A stretch of 64,000 bases of DNA, from positions 125,072 to 189,071 of the forward strand of contig CBFFRP010000577.1 of assembly GCA_965644295.1 (NCBI GenBank), read 5' to 3'. Shown piece by piece: positions 45,453-59,775 of this stretch. Under the pieces are notes generated by a model that had not been told where the DNA came from, ran no database searches, and saw only the letters and a list, made by a program, of their open reading frames with translations. The stretch's first letter is position 1. Each line of letters opens with the position of its first letter. The translations under genes and the position numbers were made by a program. The DNA is from Paraphysomonas bandaiensis. Its lineage: Eukaryota > Protista > Chrysophyceae.

Positions 45453-47282
45453 CTACGCTACCAGCGACCTGCCAACGATATGGCTCATAATCTGGTTGGT
45501 TCCCTCCAGGATTTGATGCACTCGACAATCGCGCAGATACCTCTCTATGTGGTAGTCCTACATGCCAAAGTCAGAGCATTACACATGTTAATAGCAACAA
45601 TGGTTTACCTTCAAATAGCCATATCCACCATGCAGCTGGAGGGCATCATTGACAACATTAAACCCTACATAGGAAACCATCGCATATTATTCACCATAGA
45701 AAACAGTGCATCCGTAGCATATATGTATATATGCGTAAGTATATATATCGATGTGTGTAGCTACCATAGTCAGTTGCCGTCCTCTTGGCCATGGCACAAT
45801 GTGCGGTTGCTGCTGGGTGTCCCTCATCTAACAGAGCCGCAGCATTCCTGTATTACTTTTAAGAGCAAAACTATAATGAAGAACACGTTGACCTCAGCGA
45901 TAGCCTCATCACGTTAATGTTGGCCGCCATATCCGCCACTTTAAACTGGGTAGCTTGGTACTCGGATATGGCTTTACTGAACTGCTTTCTCTCTTTTATA
46001 TACCCGAGGGCGATGTCGAATGAAGCTTGAGCCGCTCCCAATGAGCAAGCCCCAATATTTAAACGTCCCCCGTCTAGTCCTGTCATAGCCATAGCAAATC
46101 CTTGACCTTCATCTCCCAATCTATTGGACACTGGCACTCTACAGTCCTCAAATATAACCTGACGGGTAGGCTGAACCTTCCATCTGTCCACATCACATTA
46201 GTACAATATATTTGTCCTGCAGTCCACTGTATACAATGTACGACACAATTCTACATAGCTAAGTTCTGACCATATTAGCACTAAACATATCACCGGGTTA
46301 CGTACCCCATTTTCTTTTCATCTGCCCCAAAAGAAAGCCCCGGAGTATCCTTCGGTACGAGCAGACAGGAAATACCGCGTGGTCCAGACCCACCCGTGCG
46401 ACACATCACAACATAGAGATCCGACATACCTGCGCAAGCATGCTACTATAAAGCAATGAACTATTGTACTTCACAACCAACAGATGACTACACTGGAAAT
46501 TTTCTACCTGCCCCACTAATGAAGGCCTTTCCTCCATTAATGGTATAGTGATCGGGATATTTAGGATCTATCACAGCCGTGGTCTGTAGAGAAGCAGCGT
46601 CGCTTCCACTTCCAGGCTCAGTTAGGCAGTAGCTGGCCATAGTATCCAAGGTGCACATTTTGGGGAGCCATTGCTGTCGCTGTTCAGGGCTTCCAAACTT
46701 ATCTGTGAAGAGTTAAAGATACCCTTGTGGAGAAATCGTAATCACCCACCTATCATACCAGCGCACATATTATGAATAGTGAGCATGGCTGTAGTGCCAA
46801 CGCATCCAGTTGCAAGGGCCTCAACAATTACAGTGGTATCCAGTCTATGAAATCAACGCTAAATAGCATGACCGAATATTCCGTTCAGTATTTACCTAGA
46901 AAGGGCAGATCCACCCACATCTTCTTTCACAAATATTCCACCGAACCCAAGCTCCGCACACTTCTGTAGAGTATCTCGTGGAAACACGGCTTCCTCATCC
47001 CACTTGGCTGAACACACCAGAGTGGTGAGCATTCACACGGTCAGGCATATATCATACCCGCATAAGGCGCCATTTCCTTGTCTGCAAAACCTTTAGCGAG
47101 AGTATAAAACTCCTTCTGGTCATCATTTAGGCCGATTAATGCTGCGTAGGACGTGATGGAGAGTGTTTCAAAGATACGAAAAACTCACGTGAGATAATGT
47201 CAGAGCCCACAACTCTGGAGAAGGAGCGAGTACTGTACCCCAGAAAGGAGCGTGTAGACTTTCCAATAGCCCTGTACATCAT
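45453..47282 (-). CDS. ACAD8: Mitochondrial acyl-CoA dehydrogenase, isobutyryl-CoA dehydrogenase type, multi-exon
   Basis: Presequence-like N-terminus. [18 protein letters not shown]|[45 protein letters not shown] and [16 protein letters not shown] are present. Confidence 0.92.
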
Positions 47283-47677
47283 CTGCAACTATTTCTTATT
47301 CAGTATTGAAATGGTTCTTGTTGCATACATTAACGTGCGTGCATGTCGCCACTGCATCACATCTAGATGAGGAATACAACGAGAATACATGCGTCCACAT
47401 ACACTTCACAGAAATGGAGATACAGAAATGGATGGATGCATAGTTCGGTATATCGGTATACAGTATACGGTATACTACTGTATGTTGAGTCCTTCCCTAC
47501 ATATGCCGTACATGTCGTATTGGCGCACCGTACCCTCCTGCATCTACGAGTAGCATCATCTCCTGAACTGGTGCTGGTATTGGAATCAGAGCAGTCACTA
47601 ATGCGCTCTATGGAAACAGCGGGAGAGTTCTGAGGACTAGTGTGAGCACGAATTGCTAGTGCGTGGCTCTCTGAGAG

Positions 47678-49735
47678 ATGCAGGTCTCCCATAGTATGTT
47701 TCTATTCCTGCTGCTGCGTCACTTGTCTGCGGATAGCATGAGCTTCAGACCATCAGTGAGCAGAGTGAGCTCTATTGACCAGCCAGGTACACTTTCAGTG
47801 GTCTCAATGTATGCTCGTAATCACGAAGACGTGAAGTGGTTTATCCCCTCTTTCCACAACACCTCTCTGGCGGAGACATCAGCCTCTGTGTTTTGTCATG
47901 CACAGCTCTACGCCATTGCCTTGAAGACAACTATGATGGGGTTAGGAAAAAGCGGTGTAGGGATTCTTATGACTGGAAATTTTAGCCATGATGACTTGAA
48001 GAATGTGCACCTCAATGTCGACACGGACACAGTGAGTAGCCCCGAACCCAGTTACCTACACTGCTTCTATACAACTAATCGGGGCATGTATAGCGACCAC
48101 GATGTAAGACGAAGTATAAATGCTATAACATGCTAAATATATGTATAGGATTTTCCTCGTACAGTGTCTGTCGCTGTGTATTGTCCAATATACCCTTTCC
48201 ATGCCATTTACATGTCGAAGGGTTCCACTCCTGTGTCACCGACTGATATTTGTACGGCCATGCAAACTGCTAGCGACACCTACACTCTGTATATCCCTCG
48301 TCCTCCTCAGACAAGAAATCGAACATCTCGTGTCATGAATGCGCTGTCAGGTGTACGTGGAGTGTTTAATTATAGCCCATCCTCCCGCTCCCGGATCTCA
48401 CATGCGGTTGGAACTGTGCAAACATATGTAAATCCTGTTAGTGGTATGAAGTTGGTCATTTTTGCCCGGTACTACCTGTCTCTTGGATACACGGTCTTGA
48501 TATATGACAGGTATGGAGCACACAGGAGTCATCTGCAGCCTCTTTTCTCGGAGCATAACCTGGTATATGCACCGTACACTGTGTTGCAGATTGCTCTTCC
48601 CTCTGTCTACAATTCAGGCAGACAAGAGAGTACAGAGTATAGATATTACTCCGGCCACCAGAAACAGCATAGCCCCAACAAACACGCTGAGGTGAATGGT
48701 TGTCGCAATGTGATGATTAACGTAATGCCGTGCTAAATCAATCCTGAATCCATATGTGTTGTGTGGTATTTAAAATTTCATGGCCTGATGTTTTTACAGC
48801 TGGCAGACACCATGAATCAAGACAGCGACAAACAAAAGACTTATGATATGATGAAGCTGGATCACCCGGACCTGTCGTCTATTCTTATGCTTGATTCTGA
48901 TGAGTTTCTGTATTGTCCCCAAGCCCCAGATATCTCATCTCAAGGGGCCTACCAAGATAAAATTCTGACCAGACTACGGGCGGAGGGAGTTGAAGAGGTG
49001 AAGCTTGTGAGAAGAGCCTACTCGGGTCGCCATATATATTCACATACTGCATCTACGAGAGAGACTGATATCACAAACAGGACGAATGAATGCATGCTGT
49101 CTATTTACTCCAACATTACAGCCACTGGAGTGGATCTTCTGCGGCGAGTGTTGGGATGCTGGAGCGGAGTAGCATTAAATAACAATCCTGGAAAAAGTGG
49201 GGATATCGGTGGCGTATGCCCCTTTCATTGGAATCACCTCTCATGCGTAGACTGGAAGGAGAAATATCTTCCTTCGTGGCAGAACAAGAAGCGGTGCGAT
49301 TGTCTGTTTCGCCTCGCTGAGTTAACTGCTTTTTTTCAGATGTTTTTGTAGGGTAAAGTCTCCTGATATGATTCCTTCTCCCCGACTTACGTACAACCCC
49401 ATACGACGATTTAGCGGTGAACACATGGAGCCTGTGTAAGTAGTGCAGATGCTTTTGTCTGTTCTGTCGGGTACCCATAATGATATTCTTGGTTTTGTGT
49501 GTGTACAGTCGAATAATTCCGTACTGTATATGATATATTCAGCGTTAGTGTGGTTGAATATTTCCAACAGTTCAGCAGACAATATATCTTTTATAATGTC
49601 TTATTCTGGGTCATACGTAGATGTTTTATATCCCACCTCAACAATGACTTTTTCCAAAGTGAAAATGGCAAGTTCAAAATAAATTCCACTGTCATCGCAG
49701 CGGGACCTGCAAATCCTTTAGCTTCACTCTGGTAA
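47678..49735 (+). CDS. Putative GT-A fold glycosyltransferase (GT92/GT2-like), multi-exon
   Basis: Hydrophobic N-terminus. FARYYLSLGYTVLIYDRY and ILMLDSDEFLYCP (DxD motif) are present. GT-AG introns link the ORFs. Confidence 0.6.
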
Positions 49736-50223
49736 CCTGCCAAATGATCACAATGCGTCGATCCCGATTATAGGGTTTGTAGAGATGGTATCTGCGTGTG
49801 ATATTACTATCCGAGCATATCAACTTTACCTATTACTGACAAGTTACATGAAAGTGGTATCTCTCTGTATGTTGCCATGTAGTGCGTTGATTTGCAAAGT
49901 AGTGGATGGCATATGGCATGGTAGGGTAGTGCAATAGTTAATACCATGCCATTCGCATCTTCAGGTAGAGTACGTTGTGTAGATTACTATACAGTAGTGA
50001 CTTCGAACTATGCTACCACCTTTGATTATGATGTAGATGCTATATGTGCGTAAATATTAAATATCACTTACCACGGAACTGAGTATGAAAACTATTCGAT
50101 TTTTAGCGCTACGAAGTCTGCTTGTGCGCCACCGCAAGCACCAACAAGAGCTTTATGATATTTGCCTCTAGGCACCTTCAACGATGATTCTAATATAAAT
50201 GACACCACACAGATACTTTTTAC

Positions 50224-50915
50224 CAGGGATAGGGAACAATATATTGTATAATATATTGATTGGTGGACTGGTCAAATATTCCATCAATATTGTTTCTGTT
50301 AAAGTAGCTCACACTGTATTGCAATCAATATTATGAGAGTCATATACAGAAAGATTCTTAACTGTAGGGTAAAAAATATAAGTCCATGTATATAAATCTC
50401 CGTTCAGATAATGATTATTGCAACAATACAGTGGATGATGAAGCTGAAGTTGGATATATGTGGAGAAAATTCTTCAATCAGCTCAAAAATTTAAGAAACG
50501 GAAAGTTGAAATATCTAAGTACAGGTGTACGAGCCATGTATGTACTTCCAATAAATGTGAACGCCTGTTCAGCGTTCTACTACACTAAATATGTTGTTGT
50601 TTCTGAAAGCTAACCGACAGTTTTGTTGTGGCCGGATGCAAGCATATTTCAATTAATATTGGATGAATATTGTGATGATGATGTCACCGATGATGGCTCA
50701 GAGGATGAGTTTAATCAGTTAAGGGTAGTTGGTCTGATTATCAAGTGACCTTAGACCTTATAATATGACAAGTACTAAAAACTACGGATGTGATTAGTCA
50801 TATAGTAATATATATTGCAATAATAGTATTGTAAGGGCGGTTTAAAAACTCCATCAATACTATTGATGGAACGCTATCTAACAATAGTATTGCAATATAT
50901 TTTTCCCTATCCCTG
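50224..50915 (+). mobile_element. Non-autonomous hAT element (692 bp) with TIRs and an 8-bp TSD
   Basis: Termini are CAGGGATAGGGAACAATATATTG and CAATATATTTTTCCCTATCCCTG. TSD CTTTTTAC at 50216-50223 and 50916-50923. An internal CERLFSV remnant of the hAT dimerisation domain lies at ~50555. Confidence 0.9.
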
Positions 50916-53152
50916 CTTTTTACTCACCTACTATTGCTAATATAAAAAGACATTCATTCACAGGAAGTCGAGGTAATACCAAAACCTGGTAAAGCAATTT
51001 CACCACAGGTTTCATATACAAGTATTGAGTTATTATTTTACTGTAATTTGCATCTGAGAGGTTAAAGATAAAGAAAAAGTCGTAAGTATAGTTGTTATTA
51101 GCAGTATTTATTGTGTTACAAGTTGGCCCTGCTACTTGTGTCTTGTAATATCATATTCTCATATAGCTACATCTGCCTCTCTTGAGACTGCAAACGCTCC
51201 AACCGAATGTACTGCATACATTGCATACGCATATATAGCTATATTCACCACTATTCAAATAGTTGGGGTGAGATAGGAACAATAACCCTAGCTTAGTACA
51301 CAGCCAATAATAATAATAATCAGGGATTGTGTATAAGTCGAGGTAATACCAAAACCTGGGTTTTGATGTAAAACCTGGTGAAATTTTTGGTGATGGTCGG
51401 AAAAGGGTATAACTATGCACAATAAGTAACTATGAAGTTAATAACAGTGTGAAAAGTATTATTTATAATATTTTTTACTAATTTCTTCCATATTACTTCA
51501 GTTTTACAGCAATAAAAGTCACCGACTACACACATATATTATACAGTTCAAGCTATTCCGTCAAGCATAATATAAAGCTATTCTTTGTACGATACCCCAC
51601 TACTACGTCGCGTATATAATGTATATTTCCACAAAAGTACACACAAACTCAACGACGCGACGAAACGAGGGGATCTTGAGCACAGAATTTTAGTGTGGAA
51701 AGGTTTAAGTTGAAAAGTGCATCCCTTTTTTGACGTGGAAATTGTACGATACATATATTTTGGGAAAAGCTAGAAAATTTACAGTATTTAAGTAAAACTG
51801 TTTTAAAAGTATTTATGTTTGTAATATTATAATATTACGCAGAGAGACAAAAATATTAATTTTTTATTATCATTTAAGACTTATATAATAGGATGTAACA
51901 GATCTGAATCACGTTTTTTGTCATCCAGAAACCACGTTATCTACCCTCATACTACCACTGTCAACCCATTTTGATCATCATGATGAGCTGCCAGTATTTA
52001 TTGCCCTACTCATAGTTACTCTGTTTCTAACCACCTGTGCTCTTAGATACATGACATGCATCAGCAATTATATTTATATTCTTTTTGTAATTGCACATTT
52101 ATATTCTTGTCATTTCAATTGCACAATTAATTGTTGAGTTTTGCTGTTTAAGCAATTAAAAGCTGTAATTCTAAGATATTGGAAACGGTTATTGGAGAAT
52201 ACAGTAATGGTTAACTGTATTATGAGAAGTAATGAGAACTGAATACATATTGACCATACAAGAAGATAGTGACGATATAAGATCGTACTAGAAATGAGTG
52301 GTAGTAGAGATAACGTGATATATTGTTTATTATATTTATTATAATCTTCTCTTATCTTAGCTTGATTAATGAGTAAATAAACGTCCAGTTAACTTAGTAA
52401 ATCATTCAATTGTGTCATAACTTGACATTTATATTATATTAATCATATAATTATATATAACAGCAGAAATCAACAAATACTATTGCTGCATATTTTATGT
52501 ATACAACACTATATGATAGCGCAAAATATTGACTATATACTATACGGGAGGATTAGTAGTTATCTGCTAAAGGGTAACACAAACTATGGAGTCATCTCGA
52601 AATTAAATACGTAGTTGACAGTGTCTTATTATTAGCAATATGCGTGCACAAAGCTGACACCGTTGCATCACCAACGGGTAGAGTCGTAGAGTCATCTTAA
52701 ATTAAATAAGAAGCTGACATCGTTGCATCACCAAATTTCTATCATATTAGTATTTCTATGTATTCATTGTTCAATAATGGGGCAGTGAATGTCTTAAGCA
52801 ATTTAACTAATGCTTAACTTTGATATCTTACTTTTTAGCGTTACGAAATCTGCAAAATAATGTATAACACTTACTTCCTCGTTATTGATTTGGCAATATT
52901 CCCAGGGCGTGCATGAACTAGATATTTAAAATGGAGGATTCAATCGAATCCAATTCATCGTGAGAATAAATATAGCCAGTGCATAATATATAGCAGTTTA
53001 CGTGTTAAGCACATACCAACTCTTCAATAAATGCCAACTACAACTACATCAAGTCACCGTCAACTCTGTAACCGTAAATCTCCAAACTATTCGATGAGAA
53101 AACAGCACACCGACCACATGGAGCCTGAAGTGTGACACTTCTGTTTCACACA

Positions 53153-54917
<1,765 letters not shown>

Positions 54918-54992
54918 TACTTCAGATCACAATTGTTACCAGTGAAACAATCTTCCGAAATATGTGTAGAATGAAACAAAACTTTGCAAATG

Positions 54993-55875
54993 TGTATGTC
55001 TGTATGTATGTATGTATGTATGTATGTATGTATGTATGTATGTATGTATGTATGTATGTATGTATGTATGTATGTATGTATGTATGTATGTATGTATGTA
55101 TGTATGTATGTATGTATGTCTGTATGTATGTATGTATGTATGTATGTATGTATGTATGTATGTATGTATGTATGTATGTATGTATGTATGTATGTATGTA
55201 TGTATGTATGTATGTATGTATGTATGTATGTATGTATGTATGTATGTATGTATGTATGTATGTATGTATGTATGTATGTATGTATGTATGTATGTATGTA
55301 TGTATGTATGTATGTATGTATGTATGTATGTATGTATGTATGTATGTATGTATGTATGTATGTATGTATGTATGTATGTATGTATGTATGTATGTATGTA
55401 TGAATGTATGTATGTATGTATGCATGTATGTATGTATGTATGTATGTATGTATGTATGTATGTATGTATGTATGTATGTATGTATGTATGTATGTATGTA
55501 TGTATGTATGTATGTATGTATGTATGTATGTATGTATGTATGTATGTATGTATGTATGTATGTATGTATGTATGTATGTATGTATGTATGTATGTATGTA
55601 TGTATGTATGTATGTATGTATGTATGTATGTATGTATGTATGTATGTATGTATGTATGTATGTATGTATGTATGTATGTATGTATGTATGTATGTATGTA
55701 TGTATGTATGTATGTATGTATGTATGTATGTATGTATGTATGTATGTATGTATGTATGTATGTATGTATGTATGTATGTATGTATGTATGTATGTATGTA
55801 TGTATGTATGTATGTATGTATGTATGTATGTATGTATGTATGTATGTATGTATGTATGTATGTATGTATGTATGT
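54993..55875. repeat. (TATG)n microsatellite, ~880 bp
   Basis: Directly visible, with very few interruptions. Confidence 0.98.
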
Positions 55876-56080
55876 GTATTTGTATGCTACAGGCTGTAGG
55901 CCAAGATATGCCACGCATTTTTTCCAGAGTGTGTGTTGTCAGTTCAAGGAATTGCAAGTGAGCATATTGTCATGTGTTTTATTTCCACTTCTATCTGTCG
56001 GTACGAAGACATCGGACGCCTCTCCTCATCTTTTGCTTAAACAAAATACTTTACACTTCGACCCCTGTAACTGAACAAAT

Positions 56081-59000
56081 ATGCTGTCAGGAAACAAGTT
56101 TTCTTCTCTGGATGTTCTGAATGAGGGGTTCAAGCCTCTCAAGAGGGTATGTTATGTGTGGCTTTGTACTGCGTGATCGCCGCATAATGTCAGACTGCTA
56201 GTTTTTATCGTTTATTTGTGCATATGTTTACTTCGTTGTGCTTGTAATATAATTTACTAGATGCCAACTGAACCAACCACTCTGACATCTAGTCGACCCA
56301 TGTCCCATGGCCATAGAGCATCTTTCAATGCCCACACAGGAGAAAAGGAGCACATTCAATTCCTATGGGAGAACTCAGCTTGGGGTCGCATGGAGCGCAG
56401 TAAGGGAAAAGTTTTGGACAAGGCGAATACCTTCGTCGGCCCCTCTCCTAAAGTTGACAGTGACAAGGGAGCAATTGCTGTGGTAGATCCCTTCAGCACA
56501 GGGGCACATCTTGCGGCACAGGTCGCAGCTGCTGGATATAGAGTTGTGAAGATCCTGTCTATTTGGGATTCCCCTGTGGCAGCGCTAGTTGAGGAAGGCC
56601 TGGTGGTGGAATATTGCGCAACTCTTCAATTTAATGATCTCAACCCCAATCATGAAGCGGCTCTGTCAGAGGTGTAGCGTAGATCCATGCATCTAGTTGT
56701 GGTATGACGATATATGTCTTTTGATAGATGATGGACAGTATCAAGGCTCTACCTTTTGAGGTGCTGGCAGTCATCCCTGGGGCAGAAACAGGAGTGGAAC
56801 TCGCAGACCAACTCTCTCATCGGCTTGGAGTACGGTCCAACGGTGAGGAGGGGTCGATGGCCAGAAGGAATAAGTATCTCATGGGTGAAAAGGTGTGAGT
56901 GTAGTAAATTATAAGCGCCTGTCGTTACACTTGCGGTAGGTAAGGGAAGCCGGAGTGCGGGCTGTTAAGCAGCGCCTCTGTCGCAGCTTGGACGAGGTGC
57001 GCTCTTTCCTGCAGACTCTTTTGCCCGAGGGTTCCACGGACCTGTATGCGGAGGGGACTTGTCTCAAGTGTGTAGTTAAACCAGTTCAGAGTGCAGGTAG
57101 CGACGATGTGTTCCTCTGCAATACTGCGGAAGAAGCAGAAGTTGCCTTCACTCGCATTTCTGGAAAGAGGAATGGCCTAGGCCTCATCAATGACGGTGCT
57201 TTGGTCCAGGAGTTCCTCTCAGGCAAGGAATATGTCATAGACAAGGTATCTATGGACGGAGTACACAAGCTAGTGGCTATTTGGCAGTACGACAAACGAG
57301 TTTGTAATGGCCACAACTTTGTCTATTTCGGGATGAAGCTTGTGTCCTCTGACAGTCCTATGGCCCAGGCTATGGTGGCGTATTCTAGCGAGGTGCTGGA
57401 CGCACTTGGAATTGTTCATGGCCCTTCTCACATGGAGGTGATGTGGTGTGGAGATCATGCGAAGGGCTACCCATGTCTAGTTGAAGTTGGAAGCCGATGT
57501 CATGGCGGAGAAGGTACCTGGATCCCAGTAGCTCAGGAGTGCGTTGGATTTACTCAAGTGTCACTCACTGTGGATGTTTACACCACCGGGGAGAAGTTTA
57601 AACAGATCAAGGATGGAAATCGGTACCCCTTGACCAAGGCAGGTCGGGATGTAGACATGGTATCTCGACATTCTGGTATCGTGAGAGGCTTTCCAGGAGA
57701 AGCTCTAATTCGCTCTCTGCCATCATTTAGAAATATGCATTGGGAGTGCAAAGTCGGCGATTTCATCAGCAAGACTGTGGACTGCTTCACCCGTCCGGGC
57801 TGCGTGCAGCTTGTGAACGAATCAGAGGAGCAAGCAGATAGAGACCTCGAGGCCATACACGACTGGGAAGAGCTTCGGATGATAGACTATTCGTTGATTT
57901 GTCCCAACCCTCCTACAGTGGGGGCTGTTGTTATCGTAGATCCATTTTCTACGGGGGCTAACCTTGCAGCGATGGCTGCATCAATGGGCTATCGCATTAT
58001 CCTCGTCTTTTCTGAGATCGACTCACCAGTGGCTGCTTTGGTGGCGGAAGGCACAAACTTGAAACCCATGCTGTTGGTACAGCACAACAGTAAGGATAGG
58101 GATCAAGATAGGGCAATCAAAGAAACCCTTGCTGCCATAGATTCCCAGGAAGGGGCAATCGGCGGCAAGAGCCCTGTATTGGCAATTCTCCCTGGGGCCG
58201 AAACTGGAGTTGAGTTGGCTGAAAAATTGGCCACAAGGTACGGTATATGTGTTCATGTATATGTTGAATATTCATCAACCTATATATATAGATATGGTAC
58301 TCGCGGTAACGGCGAGATGTACACCCATCTCAGACGAAGCAAGTTCTCAATGCAAAATGCTGTAAGAGATGCTGGGTTAAGGGCCGTGACACAAGCATTG
58401 TGTAGGTCTGAAGAAGATGTGAGGCTGTTTTGGGCGTCGCTTGTGGCTGCTGCTGGTGGTGGTGAAGCGAAATGTGTGGTGAAGCCGAATGAGAGTGCTG
58501 GGACGGATAGCGTATATCTCTGCCAGTCACTGGTGGAGACCCTAACTGCCTTTAATTCTATTCACGGACAGTTCAATGGTCTTGGACAGATTAACGATGG
58601 GGCACTTTGTCAGGTATTGAAAGTTCAGTATAGATACAACAGACTGCGTATTGATCTTATCAGTGACTTCTTGTCGCCCGTCATACCTTATTACCATACC
58701 GGTAATTCAATGTGTAATCCTCTTACGGGCATATTTGCAGGAGTATCTTTTGGGAACGGAATTTGTCATTGATGGTGTTTCTAGGGATGGGGTGTACAAG
58801 GTGAGTCTTGCCAATTGTATGCCATAGTCACATCTATGTATATTTATATATTGAAATCTCTGTCCACAGTGGATTGTGACAATGACGTAATAATAGGTGA
58901 CCGCCGTGTGGGAGTACGACAAACGCAGCGCGAATGGAGCAAATTTCGTGTACTTTGGTATGCGATTAAGATCTGCATGTGGAGAGCGAGAGCGTGCATT

Positions 59001-59560
59001 AGTTGCTTACGCTGAACAGGTTATTCAGGCGCTACATATTGTTCAAGGGGCATCACATATGGAGGTCATCATGACATCCACTGGCCCTTGCCTGGTTGAA
59101 GTCGGCAGTAGATGTCATGGTGGAGAGGTAGCTGCAATTATTATGCCATACGTTTCTCTAAAGTATACCAAAACAGGCTTCATGGGCGGTTGTTGCTGAG
59201 GAGTGTGTGGGATATACTCAAATTGAAGCCACCTTGAACTGCTACTTGCGTCCCGACAGATTCGACGCCCTTCCCCCTGCTCCAGAGACTTTGTTAAAGC
59301 AAGGGGCAGAGGTGTTCATGGTTTCTCGGCAGAGAGGTATTCTCACCGCCACGCCGGGACTTGCTGAGATTCGCTCAATGGCCTCCTTCAGAAGGCTCGG
59401 TATGCTTACCCAGGTGGGATCACCTATGGTCCCAACGGTTGACTGCTTTACACGACCTGGATCTGTTGAACTCGTGAACGCCCTTCCTGCTGATCTAGAG
59501 GCTGACTGTGCAAGAATTCGTCAGATGGAGCTCTCGGAAGAGCTATTTGTGGTAAAGTAA
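56081..59560 (+). CDS. Tandem double ATP-grasp enzyme (L-amino-acid-ligase-like), multi-exon
   Basis: Two complete modules, each with VDPFSTGA, PGAETGVELA, VVKP..SAG.D.V, QEYL/QEFL.G.E..ID, G.SHMEV, LVEVGSRCHGG and TVDCFTRPG. Exon 1 is 56081-56146. Confidence 0.88.
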
Positions 59561-59775
59561 AAAAAAGCTACTTATAGTAAAATAAAAGACTCCATCACAG
59601 TGCGTAGGTGTCTACGTACACACAGCGTAAGTAGCTCTGTACTCTCATAATAATGAGAACATGTTAATTAACTGTAAGGGTTAGGGTTAGGTAGTGTAAC
59701 AATCTCGGGTATAGTGGAAATGGTGGATTTTAAGGTTGTTGTGATATGAGGGCCAAGGTGAAGTAGTATAAGCAG

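Noticed and set aside
52588-52735. Short duplicated blocks (GAGTCATCT..AAATTAAATA; AGCTGACA.CGTTGCATCACCAA)
   Set aside because: A local tandem duplication with two copies only and no functional signature.
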